NCBI GenBank assembly: GCA_964576115.1
Contig: CAZNUA010000030.1
Span: 1 to 45,029, forward strand
From: an uncultured Gemmatimonadota bacterium
GTDB lineage: Bacteria > Blakebacterota > Blakebacteria > Blakebacterales > Blakebacteraceae
DNA length: 45,029 nt
Direction of reading: 5' to 3'
In this document: positions 1-7,664 of the stretch, in pieces
How the letters are laid out: each line of letters opens with the position of its first letter
Position numbering within the stretch: position 1 is the first letter of the stretch
Position numbers and translations under genes: made by a program
Notes under the pieces: model-generated
The model's input: the letters and a program-made list of their open reading frames with translations, nothing else
What the model was told of the DNA's origin: nothing
Databases searched by the model: none

Positions 1-2
1 CC

Positions 3-260
3 AACTACCCCAACCCCTTCAACGCCGAGACGGTGATCCGCTTCCAGCTGCCCACGGCGCAGAAGGTGCGTTTCTACGTGTTCAATGTGCGGGGTCAGCG
101 GGTGGCGACCCTGGCCGACGAGGAGTACGAGCCCGGCTACCACACCATCCGCTGGGACGGGCGCTCAGATGACGGCCGGCGGGTCGCCTCGGGGATCTAT
201 ATCTACCTGATCCAGGCCGGGCCGCACCGGGCCTCGAAGAAGATGACGATTATCAAGTAG
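3..260 (+). CDS. 3' end of a secreted protein with a FlgD-Ig / T9SS type-A-like C-terminal domain (5' partial)
   Basis: Frame open from the window edge: NYPNPFNAETVIRFQL...FNVRGQRVATL...WDGRSDDGRRVASGIYIY...KKMTIIK*, a typical FlgD_ig/CTD signature. Confidence 0.85.
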   Translation, partial: NYPNPFNAETVIRFQLPTAQKVRFYVFNVRGQRVATLADEEYEPGYHTIRWDGRSDDGRRVASGIYIYLIQAGPHRASKKMTIIK

Positions 261-264
261 CCGA

Positions 265-326
265 CCGGGGAACGTTCACGTTCTCGGAGCACAACGTCTA
301 ACGGCGGCCTGTCGGGCCGCCGTTTC
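265..326. terminator. Hairpin pair between convergent genes; probable bidirectional terminator
   Basis: AACGGCGGCC (300-309) pairs perfectly with GGCCGCCGTT (315-324) around a 5-nt loop; a weaker hairpin lies at 265-287. The U-tract is short. Confidence 0.55.
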
Positions 327-358
327 CGTCAGATCGATGATTGGTCCGAGCGCTGTGT

Positions 359-1660
359 TCAGGGTTCCCGCAACATTCCTACCATGGTGACATCGTCGTC
401 GAAGGGGCGATCGCCGGCCCAGCTGCGCACCTCGACCTGCACCTCGTGCAGGATCGAACGCAGGGGCATGCCGACGGTGTTGCGCAGGATCGTTTCGAGG
501 GCTTCCTCACCCATCAGATCCTCGTCATCGTTCATGACCTCGGTCACCCCGTCGGTGAACATGAAGAGCAGGTCGCCTTTCTCGAAGGCCACCGTGGCCG
601 AACCGTACGGAGCCGAAGCCATCATCCCGTAGGGGATGCCCCCCTCCTTGAGTTCGACCAGATCTTCGCCGGCCGAGCCCGCGGCCCGCACCAGGTAGGG
701 AGGGTTGTGACCGGCGTTGACGTACTCGAAGGTGCCGGTCACCGGATCGAGCAGGCCGCAGAAGCCGGTGATGTACTGCATCACGTCGGTCGAGCGGTGG
801 ATGAAGTCGTTCACCCGGCCGATCATCTCGGGCAGATCGCATTCGTAGATGGTATGGCTGCGCAGGGCGGCGTAGAGGTTGGCCATCAGCAGGGCCGCCG
901 GAACGCCGTGACCGACCACGTCGGCGATCGAGATACACCAGCGTCCGTCGTCGAGGGGAATGAAGTCGTAGGCATCGCCCCCCACGGCCTCGCAGGGAAT
1001 GCACTCGGCCGACAGATCCCAGCCCTCGATTTCGGGGGGATCGGTGGGCAGGAGCCGCTTCTGGATGCTTCCCGCCACCTCGAGCTCTTTCTCCATGGCC
1101 TGCTTGGCGAGCGATTCCTGCAGGAGGTACGCGTTCTCGATAGCAATCGCGGCATGGGCCGAAAGAGCGTCGAGGAAGGCGACATCCTCGTCGGTGAAAG
1201 AACCGTCCTGTTTGTTCAGAAGCTGGAAAACACCGATGATATCGCCGGTCTTGTTCCGCATCGGGGTGGTCAGAAGCGATTTGGTGCGGTACCCGCTGGC
1301 GCGGTCGACCTCCTGGTTGAAACGGGGGTCGGCGTAGGCGTCATCGAGGATGATGACGTCGCCGGTCTGGGCTACAAAACCCGAAAGGCCCTGCCCCAGC
1401 GGCATGCGAATCTCAAGTTTCTCCTCCCCCTGCAGGACCTTCGACCAGATTTCGCCGGCCGCTGTGTCGACCAGGAAGATCGTGCCCCGGTCGGCCCCGG
1501 TGTTTTCGGTGGCGGTCTGCAGGATGCGGGGCAGGACCTCGTCGAGTTCAAGGGTCGAATTGATCGTCTGGGAAGCCTCGATGAGCGAGGAGAGCTGGGT
1601 GATCTTCTCCTGGGCGGCCTGCAGATTCTCGGGCGTTTTCTGTTTCTGAGGTGGGCTCAT
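359..1660 (-). CDS. GAF domain + PP2C/SpoIIE (RsbU-like) phosphatase
   Basis: GAF motifs (ADRGTIFL, DAYADPRFNQEVD, QLLNK), coiled linker, PP2C motifs VGGDAYD, ADVVGHG, FTDGVTE, DDDVT. ATG at 1660 (MSPPQ) avoids overlap with tsaE. Confidence 0.9.
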   Translation of the reverse strand: MSPPQKQKTPENLQAAQEKITQLSSLIEASQTINSTLELDEVLPRILQTATENTGADRGTIFLVDTAAGEIWSKVLQGEEKLEIRMPLGQGLSGFVAQTGDVIILDDAYADPRFNQEVDRASGYRTKSLLTTPMRNKTGDIIGVFQLLNKQDGSFTDEDVAFLDALSAHAAIAIENAYLLQESLAKQAMEKELEVAGSIQKRLLPTDPPEIEGWDLSAECIPCEAVGGDAYDFIPLDDGRWCISIADVVGHGVPAALLMANLYAALRSHTIYECDLPEMIGRVNDFIHRSTDVMQYITGFCGLLDPVTGTFEYVNAGHNPPYLVRAAGSAGEDLVELKEGGIPYGMMASAPYGSATVAFEKGDLLFMFTDGVTEVMNDDEDLMGEEALETILRNTVGMPLRSILHEVQVEVRSWAGDRPFDDDVTMVGMLREP

Positions 1661-1673
1661 GACGTCCCCGTCG

Positions 1674-2111
1674 TCACTCCCTGCGACGAACAGCGGGCGG
1701 GCCCTCTGACACCGTGAGGTGTCGGCCGCCCTGTTCCGCATAGTCGAGTGTAACCGTGATGGTGTCTTCGGGCAGCAGTTCCGCCACCCGGTCGGCCCAC
1801 TCTATCAGGGTGATTCCGCCGGTGTCCAGCCACTCGTCGAAACCCAGGGCGAGGAACTCGGCCGGACCCTGGACCCGATAGAGATCGAGATGACAGATCG
1901 GCAGGCTGCCCCGATAAAACTGCATCCGCACGAAGCTGGGCGAGGTCACCTCATCCTCTACGCCCAGTTCTTCGGCCACAGCTTTGATGAAACTGGTCTT
2001 TCCCGCCCCGAGGGGGCCGACGAGGGCGACGACCGCTCCGGGCCCGAGTCCGGCTGCAAGCCGCCGTCCGGCGGCCGCTGTGGCGTCAGGATCGGGAAGA
2101 TGCCCGGTCAA
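1674..2111 (-). CDS. tsaE: t6A biosynthesis ATPase TsaE
   Basis: GPLGAGKT P-loop, VTSPSF, HLDLYRV, IEWA motifs; TTG start directly after the upstream stop. Confidence 0.95.
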   Translation of the reverse strand: MTGHLPDPDATAAAGRRLAAGLGPGAVVALVGPLGAGKTSFIKAVAEELGVEDEVTSPSFVRMQFYRGSLPICHLDLYRVQGPAEFLALGFDEWLDTGGITLIEWADRVAELLPEDTITVTLDYAEQGGRHLTVSEGPPAVRRRE

Positions 2112-2714
2112 TCAGGCCCCCGGAGTGAGGATGGTCTCCAGGATGGTGGTGATGGCGGTACGATATTCTTCTGCGTCAGCGAATCCCCGGGCGATATGAC
2201 GCACGATGCCCTCTTTGTCGATCACGATCGTGCGGGGCAGGGAATTCACGCCGTAGCGCTTGCCGATCTCCCGGAAGGGATCCATCAGCACGGTGCGGTC
2301 CGACAGGTCGTGGTCGACCATCCACTGCGCCGCGGCGGCATCGGTGTCGCCGAAATTGACGAAGAAGAGTATGACCTCACGCTCGGCGTAGGCCTCGGCG
2401 ATCTCGGCCAGTACCGGGGCTTCTTCGGCGCACGGTTTGCACCAGGTGGCATAGAAAGACAGGATGACCGTTTTGGGCGTGTCGCCCCTGAAGACCGCCT
2501 GCTGTCGCAGTTCTCCCACCAGATCGCTGAGAAAGACGTACTCGGTGGTGCCCATCTGCTTCATCACGAACGTCGGGGCCTCCATCCCCACCGCCAGGGA
2601 GTCCACTTCGAAGCCGGTGACCTCCTGGGCCCGGGCGCCGGCCGGCAGGACCAGCAGACAGAGAGCCGCGAGCAGTGTGGTTGCAGTCGATCTGTAAAGC
2701 ATGATGTCTCTCAT
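2112..2714 (-). CDS. Exported TlpA-family thiol-disulfide oxidoreductase
   Basis: Signal peptide (..AGARA-QE), FYATWCKPC, YGVNSLPRTIVID. Start at 2714 or 2702. Confidence 0.85.
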   Translation of the reverse strand: MRDIMLYRSTATTLLAALCLLVLPAGARAQEVTGFEVDSLAVGMEAPTFVMKQMGTTEYVFLSDLVGELRQQAVFRGDTPKTVILSFYATWCKPCAEEAPVLAEIAEAYAEREVILFFVNFGDTDAAAAQWMVDHDLSDRTVLMDPFREIGKRYGVNSLPRTIVIDKEGIVRHIARGFADAEEYRTAITTILETILTPGA

Positions 2715-2731
2715 CCCACCCGTGGTTGCGT

Positions 2732-3586
2732 TCAGTTTCTTTGCGGCGGATCGGGACGGGTCGGCGGGGCGCTGATCCGGTCGGGCCCCGATTCTCCCCC
2801 ACCTCCACTCAGAGCAAGATAGCCCCCGCCACCGACCGCACCCAGCAGCAGTAACCACAACCAGCCGTTGCGGCGGCGGGGCCGCTGCTGCTCGCCCGTT
2901 TCGCCGGTTTCGACCGGTTCGGTCGGCTGCTGCTCGGGCTCGGCCTGCCGGCGGGTCGGATCCTGGGCGGGATCCTGGACCGGGGCCGGCTCGGCCGGCT
3001 CGACCGCCTGGCCGGTGACGTTGGAGGCCAACTCGTTGGCGACCTCCCGGGTGGCTTCGGTCAGCACGTACTCGATGCCTCGCGGCTCATCGTTGAAGGA
3101 GGTGTGCTCGATCCGCGAGGTGGTGATGTCGATGATCCTGATCTGCAGACTGTAGAGGGTGCCCACCTTCGAGACACTGCCCGCCACCATCTTGCTGGCC
3201 CCCAGGACCCGTCCGACCTGCACCACGCATTCGTCGGTGTCGCAGGCCCCGGAGAACTGAAAGCCCATCTCCTCCATGATGTTCTCCATCTGGTTGCGCT
3301 CGATCACCTCGAAGACGCCGGTGCGTCCGAGCCAGATACGCAGCCGCCCGGTGATTGTGCGGGCTTCGGTGTCATCGACGCCCTCGGCGTCGAGATCGAG
3401 CACACCGATGGTGAGCTTCTCCTGCTCCTGGACCTGCAGCGGTTGGTACGTCCGGGTGTCATCCATTGCCCCTGCCGTCACCGTGGCCGCTTCAGCCAGG
3501 GCCGGTCCGACCGAAAGCAGGACCATCTGGCAGGCCACGGCCAGCGCCGTACAACGCATCCAGCCGTGCAGGGGGCGGACGTTCAT
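2732..3586 (-). CDS. Exported CsgG/HfaB/FlgO-like domain protein with Pro/Gln linker and C-terminal hydrophobic Gly-rich segment
   Basis: Signal peptide; TIGVLDL..GV, FEVIERNQMENIMEE, GACDTDEC, GRVLGASKMVAGSV; ATG 3586 overlaps the upstream stop (ATGA). Confidence 0.7.
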   Translation of the reverse strand: MNVRPLHGWMRCTALAVACQMVLLSVGPALAEAATVTAGAMDDTRTYQPLQVQEQEKLTIGVLDLDAEGVDDTEARTITGRLRIWLGRTGVFEVIERNQMENIMEEMGFQFSGACDTDECVVQVGRVLGASKMVAGSVSKVGTLYSLQIRIIDITTSRIEHTSFNDEPRGIEYVLTEATREVANELASNVTGQAVEPAEPAPVQDPAQDPTRRQAEPEQQPTEPVETGETGEQQRPRRRNGWLWLLLLGAVGGGGYLALSGGGGESGPDRISAPPTRPDPPQRN

Positions 3587-4389
3587 CTCTGCCTCCTCCT
3601 CTTCGCAGTTCCAGGCGGCAGGGCGGGCTGCGGCTGCGGCGGCGGGGTCCGGGCGATCTCGCGGTCGCGCTCCTGGTTCCACTGTACCCAGTCGAGGCGG
3701 GCGTCGGCCTCGGGATCGAACTCCGATTTGACCGGAGTCAGGCCCCGGGTCACGACCAGCTGTTCGTTGGCCGAGACCAGTTCGAGCCACTGCTGGGGCG
3801 AGACCTCGCGCGGGGGGGCGATCTCGCGGGGAGCGTCGACCTCACGCAGGGCGCCGCTGCCGGGGGGCGGAGCCGGATTGTCACGCACCTCCATCTGCCC
3901 CTCGTACACCCGCAGGACGGTCGTGCTGTCACTGGGAATGTCGATCCGGAAGACGGTGCCCCGCACCGCCGCCAGCACGGTCGGGGTCTCGATGGTCAGG
4001 TTTTCACGGTCGGCGGCCATGCGACGCACGTTGGTCCACAGGCGCCCCCGTCGGGCCGTGGCCCGGGTACCCGGTCCCTTCCAGTCCTGCAGGCTGCGGG
4101 TGCTGATTTCCAGCTCCGAGTTCTCGTCGATGCGCACCACCAGGCCTTCGTCGCTGGTCTTGAGCTCGAGCCGCGATTCGGCACCGGTGCGCACCGCGTC
4201 GCCGGCGAAAAGGGACTGCTGCAGGACAATATCGGACCATTCCTCGGACTGCGCCTTTTTGTAGCCCACCTCGCCCAGGAAAAAATTGACCTTGGCCAGC
4301 ACCCAGGCCTGGGCGCTCACCAGTCCGGTCAGCATCACGGCCAGAGCGCCCGCCAGAAGCAGGGAGCGGATACCGTGCGGGCTCCTCAT
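3583..4389 (-). CDS. Exported FecR-domain protein
   Basis: Signal peptide; GDAVRTGAESRLEL, VRIDENSEL, IETPTVLAAVRGTVF, LRVYEGQMEV. ATG 4389 has an ATGA overlap with the upstream gene. Confidence 0.85.
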   Translation of the reverse strand: MRSPHGIRSLLLAGALAVMLTGLVSAQAWVLAKVNFFLGEVGYKKAQSEEWSDIVLQQSLFAGDAVRTGAESRLELKTSDEGLVVRIDENSELEISTRSLQDWKGPGTRATARRGRLWTNVRRMAADRENLTIETPTVLAAVRGTVFRIDIPSDSTTVLRVYEGQMEVRDNPAPPPGSGALREVDAPREIAPPREVSPQQWLELVSANEQLVVTRGLTPVKSEFDPEADARLDWVQWNQERDREIARTPPPQPQPALPPGTAKRRRQR

Positions 4390-5600
4390 CGGCCGCCCCC
4401 CTTCGGGGTCACCCTGATCTGCACCTGGTTGGCGGTCATCCCGGTGATGGCGATCTCGAATTCCTCCCACTCTTTCGAGGCCAGTTCGGTGGCCAGGTCC
4501 ATGGCCGTGCCGGTGAACTGCACCTCGAGAATCGTCAGCCCCTCGGTGAAGCTCTTCTGGACCACGCTCTGGGCGCCGCGTACGTAATAGGGCACGAGTC
4601 GGATGAAGCGCTGCACGTTCATGAAGTCGAGGCCGTTGACGATGTGCAGTTCGACCCTGGTGCCGCTCGTGACTTCCTCGTTCCAGCGCTCGAGGATACG
4701 CTCTTCCAGGCGCGGCATGATCTTGTTCATGGTTCGTTCGATACCGCGGTGGGTACCATCGATTGGACTGAGCCCGATACCGGCTTCCTGGTCCTGGGTC
4801 GTGGTCATGATCTCGCCGGTGTCGGCCCGGATGACCCGGATCGCGATCGAGACCTGCATGCTGATCATATTGCCCAGCTGCTGCATTTCATTGGTATTGC
4901 GCCGGGCCACGGTCGTGCCGAGCACAACCACTTCGGCCTGGAAGGCCCGCCCGATCTGTGCCGCCTGAGCCATGTCACCCTCCAGGGCCGACGTCAGCAC
5001 CGCCCGCTCGGTGTTCATGGCCACCGTGGCAGGATCGACAAAGCGGAAGCCCTTGGGCTGCAGGACCTCCATGAAGGCGGTGGCGGTGGTGGCGTTGTCG
5101 ATGGTGGTGGGAACCCGCTCCTCGCCCCCCTCGTCGACGAAGATCTGCTCGTCGATCAGGACCAGCATGCGGGGGAAGCTCATCCGCTCCATGAGAACCC
5201 CGATCGCCTGGAGATCTCCGACCAGTTCCGATTCCTTGACCACCGCCCGCACCTGGACGGTGATCATGTCGGGATCTTCGGTCGTCGAGAGAACCTCGTA
5301 AGAGGAGATGTACCCCTCGGTGCGGGTGTAGATGCGATCCTGGATCATCATGAAGTTCTCGGTCAGGGAGCTCGAGTTCACGTGCGTTCCCATGACCTGT
5401 TCGACCGCATTGCGCAACGCGTCGTTCACCGCATCTTCTTCAGCTTTGACCTTGTCGCCGGCGATGATCGAGCCGCGTCCCTGAACGGTCACGGTCACCC
5501 CCTCCTGGGGAACGTCCTGCGCCCGGAGAGTTCCGGGGAGAAGGAGACCCAGCACCGCCGCTGCGGCCACGGCGGATGCCAGCCGTTTGTGAGCAGACAC
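4386..5600 (-). CDS. Exported FlgT N-terminal-domain protein (FlgT-like)
   Basis: Signal peptide; KAEEDAVNDALRNAVEQVMGTHVNSSSL...RTEGYISSYEVL...VQVRAVV resembles FlgT_N; CsgG-like middle domain; GTG start overlaps the upstream TAG. Confidence 0.7.
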   Translation of the reverse strand: MSAHKRLASAVAAAAVLGLLLPGTLRAQDVPQEGVTVTVQGRGSIIAGDKVKAEEDAVNDALRNAVEQVMGTHVNSSSLTENFMMIQDRIYTRTEGYISSYEVLSTTEDPDMITVQVRAVVKESELVGDLQAIGVLMERMSFPRMLVLIDEQIFVDEGGEERVPTTIDNATTATAFMEVLQPKGFRFVDPATVAMNTERAVLTSALEGDMAQAAQIGRAFQAEVVVLGTTVARRNTNEMQQLGNMISMQVSIAIRVIRADTGEIMTTTQDQEAGIGLSPIDGTHRGIERTMNKIMPRLEERILERWNEEVTSGTRVELHIVNGLDFMNVQRFIRLVPYYVRGAQSVVQKSFTEGLTILEVQFTGTAMDLATELASKEWEEFEIAITGMTANQVQIRVTPKGGGR

Positions 5601-6718
5601 TATCGCAGCGCTCCCTTCAGGTTGCGGATGATCAGAATCGCCTCGTGCCCCGGCAGGGTGCCCTCGAGGAAGAAGGTGCCGTCGGGTTTGCCGTCCATGA
5701 TGCCGCGGGTGGTAGCCAGCATGATGGCATTGAAGGCATAGTGGGTGTTGGGCACGTCGGCGAAAGGACTCGGGGAACCGAAGAAACGTGATTTCAGCCC
5801 CGGGTCCTCCCAGGCCTCGACCAGGACCCGCTGTATCAGGTTGGCCAGCTCGACCCGGCTGACCACCTGGTTGGGCCGGAAGGTGTTGTCGGGAAACAGA
5901 TCCATCGCGCCCGTGATGACTGCTTCCTCAATGTGCTGGCGGGCCCAGTGATCGAGGGCATCGATCGGCTGCGGGATGTGGCCGATTTCGGGATTGGCCT
6001 GCCCCGGCGGGACGAAGCGACGTTCCTGCGGGGCCTCGGGACCGATGAAGATGTCGTGGAGGTCGAGTTCCTCGTTCAGGAGAACCGCCAGTTCGGCCCG
6101 GCTCAGAGCCTGGCTCAGGGCGATCTCACGGTAGCGCTCGGGCACTCCCAGGGTAGCCCGCTGCAGCTCGCTGACCCGCTGCCAGCCGTCGTTGAGAGCC
6201 ACATTGTCGGGCAGGGCGTTGATCCCGCGCCGGTAGGCATCGACGGCGGCATCGAAATCGCGCAGGATGACGTGCACCTGACCCAGCTCGTCGTAGGCGT
6301 CGGCGTAGCGCGGGTCGATCTCGATGGCGTCCTCGAAGGCCCGGATAGCCCGGTTGTGCCGTCCCTGTCCGACGTAGGCTTTGCCCAGGCCGACGTGAGC
6401 GGGCACGTAGTTCCGGTCCTTGCCGAGCGAGCGCTGGAATTCGCGCTCGGCCGAGTCGAAGTCGCCCTCTTCCAGATCGCAGAGACCCAGCCCTTCGTAG
6501 CCGGGGGCGAAATCGCGGTCGAGCCCGAGAGCGTACTCGAATTCGGCCCGGGCCTCGGCCACCTTGTCCTGATCGAGGAAGGCCTTGCCGGCCTGGTAGT
6601 GCGCCTCGGGGGTATCGAGGACCGATTGCTGTCTGATACGGCCGGCGCACGCACCGAGCACCGCCGCCGCCAGCAGAATGACCGCCCCGGCGCTGCAGAT
6701 TCTCGTGATCGGCTTCAT
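5600..6718 (-). CDS. Lipoprotein with TPR repeats and C-terminal SLH domains
   Basis: Lipobox VLGA-C; about 4 TPRs; SLH motifs DHWARQHI..GAMDLFPDNTFRPNQVVSRVE and FADVPNTHYAFNAI..RGIMDGKPDGTF. Confidence 0.85.
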   Translation of the reverse strand: MKPITRICSAGAVILLAAAVLGACAGRIRQQSVLDTPEAHYQAGKAFLDQDKVAEARAEFEYALGLDRDFAPGYEGLGLCDLEEGDFDSAEREFQRSLGKDRNYVPAHVGLGKAYVGQGRHNRAIRAFEDAIEIDPRYADAYDELGQVHVILRDFDAAVDAYRRGINALPDNVALNDGWQRVSELQRATLGVPERYREIALSQALSRAELAVLLNEELDLHDIFIGPEAPQERRFVPPGQANPEIGHIPQPIDALDHWARQHIEEAVITGAMDLFPDNTFRPNQVVSRVELANLIQRVLVEAWEDPGLKSRFFGSPSPFADVPNTHYAFNAIMLATTRGIMDGKPDGTFFLEGTLPGHEAILIIRNLKGALR

Positions 6719-6748
6719 TTCACCGTTCCTCCTTCGCGAACTCCGGGT

Positions 6749-7594
6749 TCAGTCGCCGGCACCGAGAACGATCATGACCCGGCATTCTTCCAGGAAGGGC
6801 ACGTTCCCGGCCGCCTGCCGGATACGGGCCGCATCGTCGCTGGAGATGATCAGGTCGCAACCGTTGGCACCGGTGGTACGCAGGGCCCTCACGACGAGAG
6901 GATTGCCGGCCACCCGTTCGTTCTCGCGGGCCTGCCCCACATCGTTGTGGTACCCCACGACCCCCTGTTGCAGGGCGTACTGCCGCATCACCTCGGACGT
7001 GCCGTACACCTCGGTGCCCTCTTCATCGATGATCTTGGGCGCCATGGCCGGGGTCACGTCGAGCCCCGAGGCGTCGACGATCAGCCCCGAGACCGCCCCG
7101 CTCGAACGGGGAGCCGGGTTCGGCGTGGCGACCTCCCCCGTCCGGCCTCCCCGATCGCCGGGCAGGAGCACGTCGTAGAGCGCCCCGGTCAGAGGCATCT
7201 CGACGATGATTCCCACATCCATGGCCTCGAAGTATTTCACGTCGAGCACGGTGAAGTCCGTGACCGTCCCCTCGACGCGGGAACGGATGATGTCGCTGGT
7301 GAGCATGGCGTTTTCCACCGTGGTGGTGGAGGTCACCGCCACTCCCTTGACCGCTTCGAGCAGATCGCGGTAGGCGGCCTGGCGGGCCGCCCGCACCGCC
7401 GAGGTCCGCCAGGCGGGGCGGGGGAAGTCGGTGTTCGGCGCGCCGAGACTGTGCACAATGACGACCTGGCGCTCCCAGTCGATCGTAAAGGCACCGGGTT
7501 CGGGCCAGTTCTCCTCCTGAGCCTCGGCCCCCGCGAGGGGAACCAGCAACGCTCCGGTCAGCAGGAGCGCGAGATACGGACGCAACGGCTTCAT
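6749..7594 (-). CDS. Exported LPP20/FlgP-like domain protein
   Basis: Signal peptide; IDWE..V.SLGA, AVRAARQAAYRDLLEAVKGVAVTSTTTVEN; C-domain SGLIVDASGL..PAMAPKIIDEEGTEVYG. ATG 7594 preceded by GGAGG. Confidence 0.7.
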   Translation of the reverse strand: MKPLRPYLALLLTGALLVPLAGAEAQEENWPEPGAFTIDWERQVVIVHSLGAPNTDFPRPAWRTSAVRAARQAAYRDLLEAVKGVAVTSTTTVENAMLTSDIIRSRVEGTVTDFTVLDVKYFEAMDVGIIVEMPLTGALYDVLLPGDRGGRTGEVATPNPAPRSSGAVSGLIVDASGLDVTPAMAPKIIDEEGTEVYGTSEVMRQYALQQGVVGYHNDVGQARENERVAGNPLVVRALRTTGANGCDLIISSDDAARIRQAAGNVPFLEECRVMIVLGAGD

Positions 7595-7664
7595 GCCGTC
7601 CTCCTTGGCTTCTGTCTGCGCCGGACCGGGTTCCTCGCTCCCGCTCCGGAACACAGGACACATA

